Positions 17,307 to 26,706 of a DNA stretch of 64,000 nt are shown piece after piece. The notes beneath the pieces were generated by a model that did not search any database, was not told the DNA's origin, and saw nothing but the letters and a program-made list of their open reading frames with translations. The stretch spans positions 128,001 through 192,000 of IMG/VR virus record IMGVR_UViG_3300048672_000970. One strand, written 5' to 3'. This DNA comes from a virus (Duplodnaviria > Caudoviricetes). Position numbers and translations under genes: made by a program. Position 1 is the stretch's first letter; each line of letters starts with the position of its first letter.

Positions 17307-18322
17307 TGGAACCAGCCAAGTATATCGAACGGGTGGCCGCGACACAATTTTTAACATCATTGTTTAAGTTTATTGCGACGAACAAAAACGCAAAAACGGA
17401 TAAACAGATTGCTGCTGAAACCGCAGTTGATATTAATTTCGTCCAGGCTTTTTTAGAATGTGTTGCTGCCACCGACTATCTGTTACCTGAGTATTCGCCG
17501 TCAGGTAGATTCAAAAGTGTCAAATTTAACATATGGTCTAAAGGTATTTGTTATCTCGGGGCACGGCAAATCATAGTCATGGGAAAAGAGACGTACAGGG
17601 TTCACCCACGTGAGATGATTTATGATTATGAAGGAAAACGGCTCGCCAGTGAACTTCCGGATGTGGCTCGACGTAATGAAGTATTTCTTATCGAATATAC
17701 ATTTACACAAGAAAATTTCATCGATATTTTCACCAAAGAAATGGGGCTGATATTCCCTAACGTTCCTGAAGAAAATGGTTCGATAATTGACGATTTCCGT
17801 GATTACCCATTGGTGAAGGCCGAGTTGAATAAAGTTGAATCACAAATCGAAACACTGAAAAAAGAACTGGAAGATGAGATTAGAGTAAATGTAGAAAACG
17901 AAGAATGGTTTAAGAGAGAAACTAAACTCGCCGAAACTGGTAAACGAACAAAAACTCATTTTGAACTTGTCCAGAATGGGACAAAGAAAGTGGTCACACC
18001 ATATACATCAAAATATTGGTTTGATGATGAGCCATCAACAAGTTATGATGTGACATATGTACCCGATTACAGACGGGAAGCACGGCAAATTCCAGACTTC
18101 CCAACCAAACGCGAACCCATTTTCAAGTGCCAACGCTCGCACCCTAATAAAATCAGCGGTTTGGAGTGTTATGCTAAAGAGCTGCGAGAAAAACGAATGA
18201 TGCATGAACAGCGACTGGTGCAGGATGCTGAATTGAAAACTCAGCTTGAACTGCTGGAAAAACAGAAAATGCAGCTTGATACCAAAATTACCAATTTGAA
18301 ATTGAAACTAAAGGGAAACTAA
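17303..18322 (+). CDS. hypothetical protein with coiled coils
   Basis: 339-aa ORF, ATGA overlap with the ligase gene. Confidence 0.75.
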   Translation: MMEPAKYIERVAATQFLTSLFKFIATNKNAKTDKQIAAETAVDINFVQAFLECVAATDYLLPEYSPSGRFKSVKFNIWSKGICYLGARQIIVMGKETYRVHPREMIYDYEGKRLASELPDVARRNEVFLIEYTFTQENFIDIFTKEMGLIFPNVPEENGSIIDDFRDYPLVKAELNKVESQIETLKKELEDEIRVNVENEEWFKRETKLAETGKRTKTHFELVQNGTKKVVTPYTSKYWFDDEPSTSYDVTYVPDYRREARQIPDFPTKREPIFKCQRSHPNKISGLECYAKELREKRMMHEQRLVQDAELKTQLELLEKQKMQLDTKITNLKLKLKGN

Positions 18323-18323
18323 A

Positions 18324-18668
18324 ATGGAATTTGAAGTGCGTGTAAAAACTAAACCGACAGAGTTTAACAGTAATGAACTAGCGGGGCATCCTATTGCAAT
18401 TGACAACCCATCCCTTGAACTAGATTTTCCGTGTGACGAACATAACCGTATTTCCAAGAAACTACTTCAGGATTGGGTTGATGCCCGAACTAAGGGTTTC
18501 ATTAAAAGCATTGAACATGGCAAAGCAGTGATAAAGATTACTGATGAAAAATTTGCTGAAGTGTTTTCACAACTTAGATACTTTCATGGCGAAAATGTAA
18601 TGTCACTAACGGTGCAGCATTTTCATTTTGAGGGTGAAGACCCGTTGACCGTTTGTTTTCTTTTCTGA
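18324..18668 (+). CDS. hypothetical protein
   Basis: 114 aa, tight coupling. Confidence 0.7.
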   Translation: MEFEVRVKTKPTEFNSNELAGHPIAIDNPSLELDFPCDEHNRISKKLLQDWVDARTKGFIKSIEHGKAVIKITDEKFAEVFSQLRYFHGENVMSLTVQHFHFEGEDPLTVCFLF

Positions 18669-18777
18669 AAGGATAAAAATGGATGTCTACTATAGTGTAA
18701 AAGTTATTTGGCGATAGGCACCTGACATGAATTTTTGGCAACTGTTACACTTTTGTTAACACACATGACCCGCCATG

Positions 18778-18786
18778 TGTTAAAAT
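18778..18786 (+). promoter_or_regulatory. extended -10 promoter (TGTTAAAAT)
   Basis: TGn-TAAAAT a few nt before ATG 18793 (near-leaderless). Confidence 0.45.
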
Positions 18787-18792
18787 TCACCC

Positions 18793-18984
18793 ATGAACAA
18801 ACATCTCAAGATTGAACGCCGTATCCGTGAACACACTGACCACTATGGGAAAGCCGGAGAAGTGGAGTGGTTCGTTGTGGACTTAAGTGTCCCTGATTGT
18901 CCGCAGGTCGTTGATGTGTTCAGAAAACGATATCTTGCAAAAGAGCTGATTGACTATCTCAACCGGAGCCTTCCATGCACTTGA
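18793..18984 (+). CDS. hypothetical protein
   Basis: 63-aa ORF. Confidence 0.6.
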   Translation: MNKHLKIERRIREHTDHYGKAGEVEWFVVDLSVPDCPQVVDVFRKRYLAKELIDYLNRSLPCT

Positions 18985-19241
18985 ACCTTCAAACCTTTAT
19001 TGACGAATACGGTCTTCCCAATCTGCGAGTGCAGTATTGGGAGAAGTACGTTCAGCGGGGCTACTTCAATGAGAAGGTTCCGGTTCAATTCTTCACCGAA
19101 GGTGGGTCGGCATCTGAACTGCGCATGTTCAATTCCACGGCCATTCCGAGTATTCAGGCAGATATCGATGCTGCCATCGCTCGCATCGTGGTGGTTTCGG
19201 GAGTTGGTGAGGAAATCTGGTTTACTGTTCTGAAAGGGTGA
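18975..19241 (+). CDS. hypothetical protein
   Basis: 88 aa, SD GGAG. Confidence 0.65.
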   Translation: MHLNLQTFIDEYGLPNLRVQYWEKYVQRGYFNEKVPVQFFTEGGSASELRMFNSTAIPSIQADIDAAIARIVVVSGVGEEIWFTVLKG

Positions 19242-19244
19242 AAA

Positions 19245-20063
19245 ATGAAATTCCAATTTGATTATGATGAAATTTTTGCGTTGAACGCGGGGCTACTGAA
19301 ACTACCGCAAAATCCTGTCAGTGAAAAGCTGCTCAATACACATCCGTTTGTCAAGCAGTTCTATCAGCAAATTCTTGGCAGCAAAAACCCTCAATTGATG
19401 CTTGATCGGCTCGAATCGGCTTACGCACTGTTTGAACCCAGGCAAGAAGAAATCTTGGCAAAAATCAATGCGGTTGATTTTCGACAAGTGCTAGATGATA
19501 TTCTTTCCATGCCGTGTCAGCTAGATGTTGACATCATCGAAGAATGCATCACCAGGGAAATCAAAAAAGGGAAAATTGAACGGGTGCTGGTTGATTATCA
19601 GCAGTTGATGTTTGCCATCTATTACGGATACTCCATTAATTACAATGGAGACGTTTTGGGAAATGCGTATGAGCGAGCGAACATTAACCTTGATACCATC
19701 GTCAGTGAAATTTTTGGCATTTCGGCAGATGAATTTTACCTGCAGTCACGGCGCGTGGGTGTTTATAACTATCTTCGCCAATTCATTCTTGAGTTCGTCA
19801 AACAGCATAAACAATCAGCATTCTTCGATGATTACATTAACGACGAACTTGAAGTAAGTTATGATGGCGGTGCGTCATTGTTGCTTATCACTACGTTAGA
19901 AGAACTGGATTACGAATCTCCAGACGATGTAATTGAATGTCTTGGCATTGGTAATGCTATCTGCTTGGCTCTGTCCTTGGCAGTTGCTAAAGAACTGAAA
20001 CAGCATCCTGATTTTCAACATGCGGAAGAAGTAAAGTTTCTTCTTTGTAACCAGAGGGTATGA
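19245..20063 (+). CDS. hypothetical protein
   Basis: 272-aa ORF. Confidence 0.75.
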   Translation: MKFQFDYDEIFALNAGLLKLPQNPVSEKLLNTHPFVKQFYQQILGSKNPQLMLDRLESAYALFEPRQEEILAKINAVDFRQVLDDILSMPCQLDVDIIEECITREIKKGKIERVLVDYQQLMFAIYYGYSINYNGDVLGNAYERANINLDTIVSEIFGISADEFYLQSRRVGVYNYLRQFILEFVKQHKQSAFFDDYINDELEVSYDGGASLLLITTLEELDYESPDDVIECLGIGNAICLALSLAVAKELKQHPDFQHAEEVKFLLCNQRV

Positions 20064-20284
20064 TGTCCAATCAAGCTTGCGAAAATTGTAAATCGAACAC
20101 CGTCCGTTATTGTGACGGGTTTGTCTACCGAAACTGGTCTGGGAAGTATGCTGGTGACCCGGCGTTACTTCCTAACCCTCCTGATAAAGTAGCTTTCTGG
20201 ACTTACAGTGAATGTAAGAAGAATGCTAAAGGGCTGAAATTTATTAACCTGCACGACAAATGCCAAGGATTTGAGAAAGCTTGA
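20060..20284 (+). CDS. small Cys-containing hypothetical protein
   Basis: CENC...C...C...C; ATGA overlap. Confidence 0.65.
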   Translation: MMSNQACENCKSNTVRYCDGFVYRNWSGKYAGDPALLPNPPDKVAFWTYSECKKNAKGLKFINLHDKCQGFEKA

Positions 20285-20302
20285 TTACACTTCCAATATC
20301 CG

Positions 20303-20311
20303 TGGTAGAAT
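20303..20311 (+). promoter_or_regulatory. extended -10 promoter (TGGTAGAAT)
   Basis: Same 9-mer as 16082; SD AAAGGAG and ATG 20337 follow. Confidence 0.55.
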
Positions 20312-20336
20312 TGGTATCATCCAAAGGAGTATCCAA

Positions 20337-20720
20337 ATGACATTAGAAATCCATTTCGGGCAACAAACATATATCCCATCAGCAAAACCCTGTAAAAATT
20401 TCTCGGCCGACAGTGGCAAACATTTGACGTTCAGCCAGTTCAAAAAGGCTTTTAATCCTGGAACAATAAATGTTGTAACATTTGAAAATATTCCGCCAAT
20501 GGCGGCTGATGAGTATCGCCGTTATTATGAAAATTCAGTTTACAGCGTCCGGCTCCACCTAAATGAACGCTACTTGTCATACATCATCCGGAACAACGGT
20601 AAAGACCAAATGAATTTTGCATGGGAATCATCGATTACAGCAGAGTTCTATGATAGGTTTGATTTCATTGATATGGAAAATCACATACCTAGATTTAGTG
20701 AAGCGCGGCGTGAAAAGTGA
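20337..20720 (+). CDS. hypothetical protein
   Basis: Start moved to ATG 20337 on SD evidence. Confidence 0.7.
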   Translation: MTLEIHFGQQTYIPSAKPCKNFSADSGKHLTFSQFKKAFNPGTINVVTFENIPPMAADEYRRYYENSVYSVRLHLNERYLSYIIRNNGKDQMNFAWESSITAEFYDRFDFIDMENHIPRFSEARREK

Positions 20721-20980
20721 CTGACTGCTTCTTTTCACAGAAACAAACTGCACACCTTCATGATGGGAATTGCTCGCTTTCTCGTTCTGAGCATGCTAGA
20801 TTTTTCCCAAATGTCAATTATAATGAAGCTTATCAACGAGCCAAATCGTTAGTGGGATGCCAATTGCTTTACGCAATGATTGATGGCGTCTTAGTAAAAA
20901 TTGTCTCATCTTCGGTAGACTCTGTTCTCAAGGGTTTACATTTTCAAACCATGCGCGGCGATGTACCCCGAATTTACTAA
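20717..20980 (+). CDS. hypothetical protein
   Basis: 87 aa, GTGA overlap. Confidence 0.6.
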   Translation: MTDCFFSQKQTAHLHDGNCSLSRSEHARFFPNVNYNEAYQRAKSLVGCQLLYAMIDGVLVKIVSSSVDSVLKGLHFQTMRGDVPRIY

Positions 20981-20992
20981 AGGAAACTAAAC

Positions 20993-21199
20993 ATGGAATT
21001 TTCACCAAACCTCAAAATCGTTCAAATGCGCGGGCCGGTAGACGTTATTACTGTAAACGGTAAAGACCATGCAATTGCCGCTATGGCCTACCCATACAGT
21101 TCTTTTAAGGAAATGGAACCTGAGATTGAAACGTTCTATCTGTGGCAAAACCTACCTGAACGAGAATTGGTTCGGGGTTACATTGTGAAGAAAACGTAA
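20993..21199 (+). CDS. hypothetical protein
   Basis: 68 aa, SD AAGGA. Confidence 0.7.
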   Translation: MEFSPNLKIVQMRGPVDVITVNGKDHAIAAMAYPYSSFKEMEPEIETFYLWQNLPERELVRGYIVKKT

Positions 21200-21232
21200 A
21201 TTCTATTCCCCATTCTCTCAAAATGAACGGCG

Positions 21233-21239
21233 GTAAATA
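21233..21239 (+). promoter_or_regulatory. late promoter (GTAAATA)
   Basis: NTAAATA 19 nt before ATG 21259. Confidence 0.6.
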
Positions 21240-21258
21240 ATCAAAACGAAAGACATTC

Positions 21259-21885
21259 ATGAGACTTTCATCAATCATTCCCCTTTACGAAATGCCGCAA
21301 ATCGTTGGAGATGTTGATTGGTTTTTGAGCACGGACGAATCCAATGAAAAGCATGCGTTAGGATTAATGAAGAATGCCGATATTGAATTTTTGGAAGACT
21401 ATAACCAATTAAAATTATACCGTCTTAGGAACCAGTTCTTTGCCGTCAATCGAGCCGGCGACCGCATGGCGTACTGGATTAACACCGTTCACAAATATCA
21501 GTCAATGATTAAAGAAACCTGTGTTACTCAAGTTGCCCTTTGGCGAGATTCTGATAACCCACATGCAAAAGATTTGCCGGCGCATGTGTTTTTCAACTAC
21601 CTTCTACCAGAAAATCATAACATCATGATTGATGGGCAACAGACCACCGATGGTAAACGGTTCTGGGTCAATCGGATTGCCGATGCATTTGATAAAGGGT
21701 TACACGTCTATTATGCGAACGTGATGGCACCGAGAGAGTTGATTAAATTAGTGGATAAAGACGATTTCATGAAAAACGCCAAGTCTATTCCAATCTGGGG
21801 AGACAACTATCATTTTCGAGATAAGAAAATCATCATCAGTGACCATTTACTAACGCCCAAACCAGACGTTAAATTTGAAGACTGA
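21259..21885 (+). CDS. late protein, possible GNAT-like fold
   Basis: HVFFNYLL...IMIDGQQTTDGKRFW resembles the SD..Q(T/S)..G..(F/L)W motif of phage GNAT-like proteins. Confidence 0.4.
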   Translation: MRLSSIIPLYEMPQIVGDVDWFLSTDESNEKHALGLMKNADIEFLEDYNQLKLYRLRNQFFAVNRAGDRMAYWINTVHKYQSMIKETCVTQVALWRDSDNPHAKDLPAHVFFNYLLPENHNIMIDGQQTTDGKRFWVNRIADAFDKGLHVYYANVMAPRELIKLVDKDDFMKNAKSIPIWGDNYHFRDKKIIISDHLLTPKPDVKFED

Positions 21886-21887
21886 CC

Positions 21888-21915
21888 AAAGCTCCTTCGG
21901 GAGCTTTTTCTTTTT
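21888..21915 (+). terminator. intrinsic terminator
   Basis: AAAGCTCC-TTCG-GGAGCTTTTT. Confidence 0.9.
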
Positions 21916-21920
21916 GTCCG

Positions 21921-21927
21921 GTAAATA
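21921..21927 (+). promoter_or_regulatory. late promoter (GTAAATA)
   Basis: NTAAATA 25 nt before ATG 21953. Confidence 0.6.
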
Positions 21928-21952
21928 ACTCCATACTCAATAATTTTCCTAC

Positions 21953-24121
21953 ATGTCAATCAAGCACATTGAAGATTTACCGATTACTGACCTAATCCAT
22001 GTTCTAGAAAACATGAAGGATTATGACATCCGTGAAAAGATGGATGGGGCTAACTTAGGATTCGGTATCGATGATTCTAAAAAACTATTCACCAGTCGTG
22101 AGCTGAAAAACAGTCGAGCGAACCGAATTTACAAGGCGACCGACTGGCCGAATACCAATGCTTCCACTCAATTTCAAGCTGCCCATCTAGCCCTTGAACA
22201 GCAATTACCTATCATTCAAGCGGTTTTAGAACCGAACGACCTCATTCAAATCGAGGTGATGTTTTCTAATCAGCCAAATACTGTCAACTATAACAAAGAT
22301 GATAACTCATATATCGTCCTTATCAATACTCTCTTACCTGAAAAAGTTTCTGAGCTGGTTTCAAAACTGAAAACAACTGAGAGTAAAGTGGAGGTATTGG
22401 TTCCAGCATCCTCGGACGGTAAAACCATCACATCCTCTAAAGAAACTTTCACGTTCAAATTCATCGAACCAGTCAAGATTGATAACGGAAAAATCCCTCA
22501 ATCGGTAGTTCAAAAAACTGTAAAGGACTTGAAAGAATTTTTGTCCAAAACAACCGACTCCATTTCTAACGAAACGATTCTGTGCACGCCACTCAACAAA
22601 ATTGATGCTGCCCAGCGAGAGAAAGTGAAACAGATACGCGCTCAAGTTCAGAAGGAAGTTGATGACTCTATCATCCTGCCGTTCAAGAAAGAGCTGTTAG
22701 AGCAATTCATCCATAAGTTACCTTCCGAATTATCAAATGACCAGTTCGGCATTGAAGGGGTGGTTTTAACTAATGGAGATTCAGTTGTCAAAATTGTTGA
22801 CAAGGACTTGTTCACGAAGCGAAACGAATTCAATCAATCGTTCAGAAAGCAGATTTCATCTACTATCAAATCCACTGACCCGAATGCTGAGTTAGAACTG
22901 AAAGGTGGCCTGATTGGTGATTTGAAACTGAAAATGGCTGATTTACTCGGTAACATTGAGTGGGCGCATATATCAAAAGTTGCTGCTGCTATTGAAGATG
23001 TGAAAGGCGAGACGACTGTCAACACTATCAAAAACTTTGCCGAAGAACTAGCTAAACACAATCCTGATTATCAGGGGGTGAGAATCAAAATGTTATCTCT
23101 CATCAAAGCCACTAAAGAAGCTTTGGAAAAGTCATTAGAAGAATTTTCCGGGCAAGAGCATCAGCTCGATGAGTACAAGATGACGGACACGGTGAAGGGT
23201 AGAACGTTGTTAAGCTATGCAGAAGCCGTTAATCGGCTCTCAGAGCTGTACAAACAGGTCGATGCCAGTCACACCTACCAAGACTTCGTAAAAATCCAAT
23301 ACGGGCCGATTGTGAGCCTTCTGCACGGTGTTGAACCTGTTGAAGAAATGAAGGGTTCCAATCAGACGTTAAGTTGGTTCAATCACAAATCCGCTTTTTA
23401 TGTCGTGTCAAGTTATTTGTCCACCTGCCTCATTTCCTGGCTCATCTTCGAGATGAAAGATGGAAATGGATTAGCGATTCTGGACGACAGGCGTTTTCTC
23501 GGTCTGAAGAAATTTAACAGATTGATGTCTCCGTTAAATTTTGCAGGGTATGTTACCACTCAGTATAAAAACAAAGATGTATTCTCGGTGATTGGTAAAG
23601 ATACTGCCAATGATTTGAACAAGATTTTCAAGCGCATTCCGAAACAGTATGTTACTGATTTCCATTTTGATTTTTCTAATCAGATGCGAACGAAAATCAA
23701 GTGGAAGCAGCACGAAACTTACCTGAAAAAGATAATGAAGTTTTCCCATCTCAATCTGGATAGAATTGAAAACTTATTCGAGAGGGTGAAAACGTATAAC
23801 GAACTGTCGGCCGATGAGCAGAAAAAATGTCTACATGATTTGATTTTCTATTCAGCGCAATTTATAAATAAGAGCATTCTGTATAGAAAACTGTTACGAA
23901 TGGAAGGGACTCAGATGAAAAAAGAGGTAGTAGAGGAAAATTTCTCGCTTAAGAAGTTACTCGAAGACGAAGGTGCTGCTAATTCAGTGACAAGCACGAT
24001 GGCAACTTCTGCTGATGTAGCGAAGATTGAACAACCCATCTTCAAAGATGGCAAGAAGATTGTTCGCCGGAGACGAAATCCATCCCTGAAGTTTTACCAA
24101 TTCAAAAAGGACACTAAATGA
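21953..24121 (+). CDS. late 722-aa protein with an N-terminal ligase-like nucleotidyltransferase domain
   Basis: REKMDGAN (motif I), IQIEVM (III), GIEGVVL (IV), VKIVDK (V). Confidence 0.6.
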   Translation: MSIKHIEDLPITDLIHVLENMKDYDIREKMDGANLGFGIDDSKKLFTSRELKNSRANRIYKATDWPNTNASTQFQAAHLALEQQLPIIQAVLEPNDLIQIEVMFSNQPNTVNYNKDDNSYIVLINTLLPEKVSELVSKLKTTESKVEVLVPASSDGKTITSSKETFTFKFIEPVKIDNGKIPQSVVQKTVKDLKEFLSKTTDSISNETILCTPLNKIDAAQREKVKQIRAQVQKEVDDSIILPFKKELLEQFIHKLPSELSNDQFGIEGVVLTNGDSVVKIVDKDLFTKRNEFNQSFRKQISSTIKSTDPNAELELKGGLIGDLKLKMADLLGNIEWAHISKVAAAIEDVKGETTVNTIKNFAEELAKHNPDYQGVRIKMLSLIKATKEALEKSLEEFSGQEHQLDEYKMTDTVKGRTLLSYAEAVNRLSELYKQVDASHTYQDFVKIQYGPIVSLLHGVEPVEEMKGSNQTLSWFNHKSAFYVVSSYLSTCLISWLIFEMKDGNGLAILDDRRFLGLKKFNRLMSPLNFAGYVTTQYKNKDVFSVIGKDTANDLNKIFKRIPKQYVTDFHFDFSNQMRTKIKWKQHETYLKKIMKFSHLNLDRIENLFERVKTYNELSADEQKKCLHDLIFYSAQFINKSILYRKLLRMEGTQMKKEVVEENFSLKKLLEDEGAANSVTSTMATSADVAKIEQPIFKDGKKIVRRRRNPSLKFYQFKKDTK

Positions 24122-25500
24122 AGTTTTTACAACAACTAGAAGAATCGGTGGCAAAGAACACCATTCTCATCAATGGGAAACGGCATGCCGTTCATAACTC
24201 GAAAGGATTGAAGATTGCTGAATCGGAAGCCGGGCTGAAAAAGTTTTACAAGTGGTTTGGCAATTCAGTAGTTCTTGACTCGAAGCAGCGGCCAATGATT
24301 GTCTATCCGGCTGTCTATGCTGGGGAGAAAAGAAATAAAATCTTCACGACGAAAGAACCATCTTCAGCGACGTTAGTGCATGATACGGACATTACGCTGG
24401 ATGATGCGCACATTTCCGGTAAGACGCCGTTCTATCTGAAAATTGAAAAACTGTTCGATACTCGGCATCCTGAATGCAAGAAGATTTTCGACAAGCATAT
24501 TTTCAAGAAGGTTGATTCGGTAAAAACCCTTGAACATGATTTGCCACGGGCTGAAGATGCAGAAGAAATTGAACAGTTTCTGAATGAGACTTATCCTGAA
24601 TATGACGGAGTAGTTGTTCATGATACGGGTCGATTCGTCAAGTACATTTCGTTCAAGGATAGGAAATCTTCCATTGCCCATGCTGAAAAATGGGATGGGG
24701 AAAAACCTGTCCATGAGGGAACGACTGTTCAAGCCGGATTCAAAACTTATCTGAAAGAAGAAGAACAGAAGAAAGTTGATTCAACCAGTGCGGGGGCAAA
24801 GGATGTTAAAGGTACTTCTGACGTGTCATTCAATCTGATGCGTAATTATATCAATACTTCTGGCCTGTCCGGCGCCTCTATCAAAGATTATCTGGAAAAG
24901 GCCCATGACATCAATGATGAAATTGACACCGTTTGTTATGGTCTGGAAACAGATGATGGACAAGTCGTTAAAGTATATGTCAATGCAGCACAAGCAGACG
25001 ATTTTGAAACGAAGATGGCGGCGATGCTTGGCACGGAAGATAACGTCGAAGACGCCATCAATAACCTTGCGCAAGAGTTTGATATCGTGGATGTCGTCTG
25101 GCCCCGAGATGAAGAAGGAAAAACCGGCTCAACCGACACTACTGATAACGAAGGTGAACCCGATTCAACAGCTCCTACAACTACTCCCGAAACTGACATG
25201 ACGATTGATTCTTCAGCCAGTTTATTCGCCGATGATGAAATTCCACCGGAAGATGCACCAGAGCATGTCGAACCATCATCTACCGAAAATGAACCTGAGA
25301 AATCTGAAAAGACTGAGAAACCGGAAGATGAAAGTTCTACTGAAGACGAACCTGAGCACGAAGACAGTGAAGAACCTGATGGCGAATCAACTGAGAAATC
25401 TGATGATGAAAAAACTGACGATGAAAATGATGAAAGTGAAGATGATGAAAAATCTGATAAAACTAAAAAAGGTGGGAAGACCGCTAAAGTGAAATCTTAA
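24118..25500 (+). CDS. probable head-internal protein: degenerate ADP-ribosyltransferase-like (ART-PolyVal) domain, conserved middle domain and acidic tail
   Basis: MKFLQQLEES leader; FYKWFGNSVVLDSKQRPMIVY...PFYLKIE...YDGVV; D/E-rich C-terminus. Confidence 0.55.
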   Translation: MKFLQQLEESVAKNTILINGKRHAVHNSKGLKIAESEAGLKKFYKWFGNSVVLDSKQRPMIVYPAVYAGEKRNKIFTTKEPSSATLVHDTDITLDDAHISGKTPFYLKIEKLFDTRHPECKKIFDKHIFKKVDSVKTLEHDLPRAEDAEEIEQFLNETYPEYDGVVVHDTGRFVKYISFKDRKSSIAHAEKWDGEKPVHEGTTVQAGFKTYLKEEEQKKVDSTSAGAKDVKGTSDVSFNLMRNYINTSGLSGASIKDYLEKAHDINDEIDTVCYGLETDDGQVVKVYVNAAQADDFETKMAAMLGTEDNVEDAINNLAQEFDIVDVVWPRDEEGKTGSTDTTDNEGEPDSTAPTTTPETDMTIDSSASLFADDEIPPEDAPEHVEPSSTENEPEKSEKTEKPEDESSTEDEPEHEDSEEPDGESTEKSDDEKTDDENDESEDDEKSDKTKKGGKTAKVKS

Positions 25501-25513
25501 TGTAACCATCCTC

Positions 25514-25544
25514 AAAAAGCCGGGCATTGCCCGGCTTTTTCTTT
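25514..25544 (+). terminator. intrinsic terminator
   Basis: AAAAAGCCGGGC-att-GCCCGGCTTTTT. Confidence 0.9.
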
Positions 25545-26220
25545 GGGTGTCCAAACGAGCTAAAACGGCCTAGGAGCGATTTGATAGTGGAAGGTGGGCA
25601 CAGGTAGCTTGACGGATGAAATCGGCTCTAAAGCCCGTTAACCGCGTCCTGGCTGCATGTTCTTATTTGCCACCTAAAGGAATTTACTGAATGGATGGAA
25701 AAGCCGGTAGGTCAGTCGGTTGTCGGTTGGTTCCGTTCAGAGAAAGGTTCGTAGCCGGTTCTTAGTTGGTTAGCTCAAGTTTCAGGTTGGCTTCCGGAAT
25801 TGATTTAACGGCTGTTAGCGCGTTCTTAAGCTGCATAGACTACCTAGGTAGCTCATTGAAAGAAAACGGCTCTAACGTCCGTTTAAGCCCCTTCCTAGTC
25901 AATTCCTTATTTGTCACCTAAAGCAATTTCTCAGAATTGGTTAGAAAAGCCGGTAGGTCAGTCAGTCAGGCAGTCAGTCAGTCAGTTCACTTGAGTTAGT
26001 TCACTTGAGTTAGTTCAGTTCAGATGTGTGCAAACAGATTGACTAAACGGACGTTAGAGCTTCTGATTAGGTAGATAGCTACCCATGTAGCCAGATGAAC
26101 AAAAATGGCTCTGAAGCCCGTTAAACGCGTTCTAGAGGTACTTCCTTATTTGTCACCTATAGGTATTTCTCAAAAGAAGTGAGGAAGGGGCTGGTAGGTC
26201 TGTTAGGTTGATTGGTTCAG

Positions 26221-26322
26221 AGAAAGACTCAGTTGACTGAATGCAGGGCTGGCTTGACTGCTTGTTAGAGCAGCAAACAGCGAATGTGGTCGGTCAACTG
26301 CTGAAGCCCGTTAGGGCTGAGG
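26221..26322 (+). ncRNA. candidate structured RNA/ssDNA module A1
   Basis: CAGTTGACTGA(26230-40) pairs with TCGGTCAACTG(26290-300), followed by CTGA-AGCCC-gtta-GGGCT-GAGG. Confidence 0.5.
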
Positions 26323-26542
26323 TTATGAGTACAGAAGTAGTTGACTAACGCGCTGTTAGACATCTGTTAAACGGGCCATAGCGCGATTAGAAAGGGTGGT
26401 AGCTACGTGGGTAGCCTAGCGGATGAAATCGGCTCTATGACCCGTTTAAGCCCCTTACAAGTCAATTCCTTATTTGTCACCTAAGGGTATTTTACAAATG
26501 AGTGGAGAAAAGCTGGGTAGGTGGCTTGGTTGGTTAGCTCAC

Positions 26543-26641
26543 AGAAAAGCTTAGTTGAGTAGTGGCTTGAGACAGCTTGCTGCCGGTAGGCTCAAGATGC
26601 GAAAGGACTACTCAACTACTGAAGCCCTGTAAGGGCTGAGG
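26543..26641 (+). ncRNA. candidate structured RNA/ssDNA module A2
   Basis: TAGTTGAGTAGT(26552-63) pairs with ACTACTCAACTA(26607-18), followed by CTGA-AGCCC-tgtaa-GGGCT-GAGG. Confidence 0.55.
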
Positions 26642-26684
26642 TTAGGTAATGAGATGGATTAGGTATTGGTTCAAAAAATGCTGA

Positions 26685-26691
26685 GTAAATA
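26685..26691 (+). promoter_or_regulatory. late promoter (GTAAATA)
   Basis: NTAAATA 15 nt before ATG 26707, inside a TGAGTA/TACTCA hairpin. Confidence 0.6.
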
Positions 26692-26706
26692 ACTACTCAT
26701 GAAGGA

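Larger units (their letters stand above)
25551..26650 (+). repeat. non-coding repeat cluster A: four ~116-bp units ending in CTTATTTG(T/C)CACCTA
   Basis: Cores at 25662, 25906, 26145 and 26469, each 37 nt after a GCTCT arm; no ORF; G/T-rich + strand. Confidence 0.92.

Noticed and set aside
25100-25500. DNA-mimic claim for the acidic tail of the 460-aa protein
   Set aside because: The composition is low-complexity and probably disordered; no periodic acidic pattern on a folded scaffold can be shown from sequence
26221-26641. Hammerhead or pistol ribozyme in the folded module
   Set aside because: It has CTGAAG rather than CUGANGA, only one stem between GAAA and CUGA, and no pistol pseudoknot pattern
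25551-26650. CRISPR array interpretation of the repeat clusters
   Set aside because: Periods are long and irregular (244, 239, 324 nt), the inter-core sequences are themselves homologous rather than unique spacers, and no cas gene is in the window
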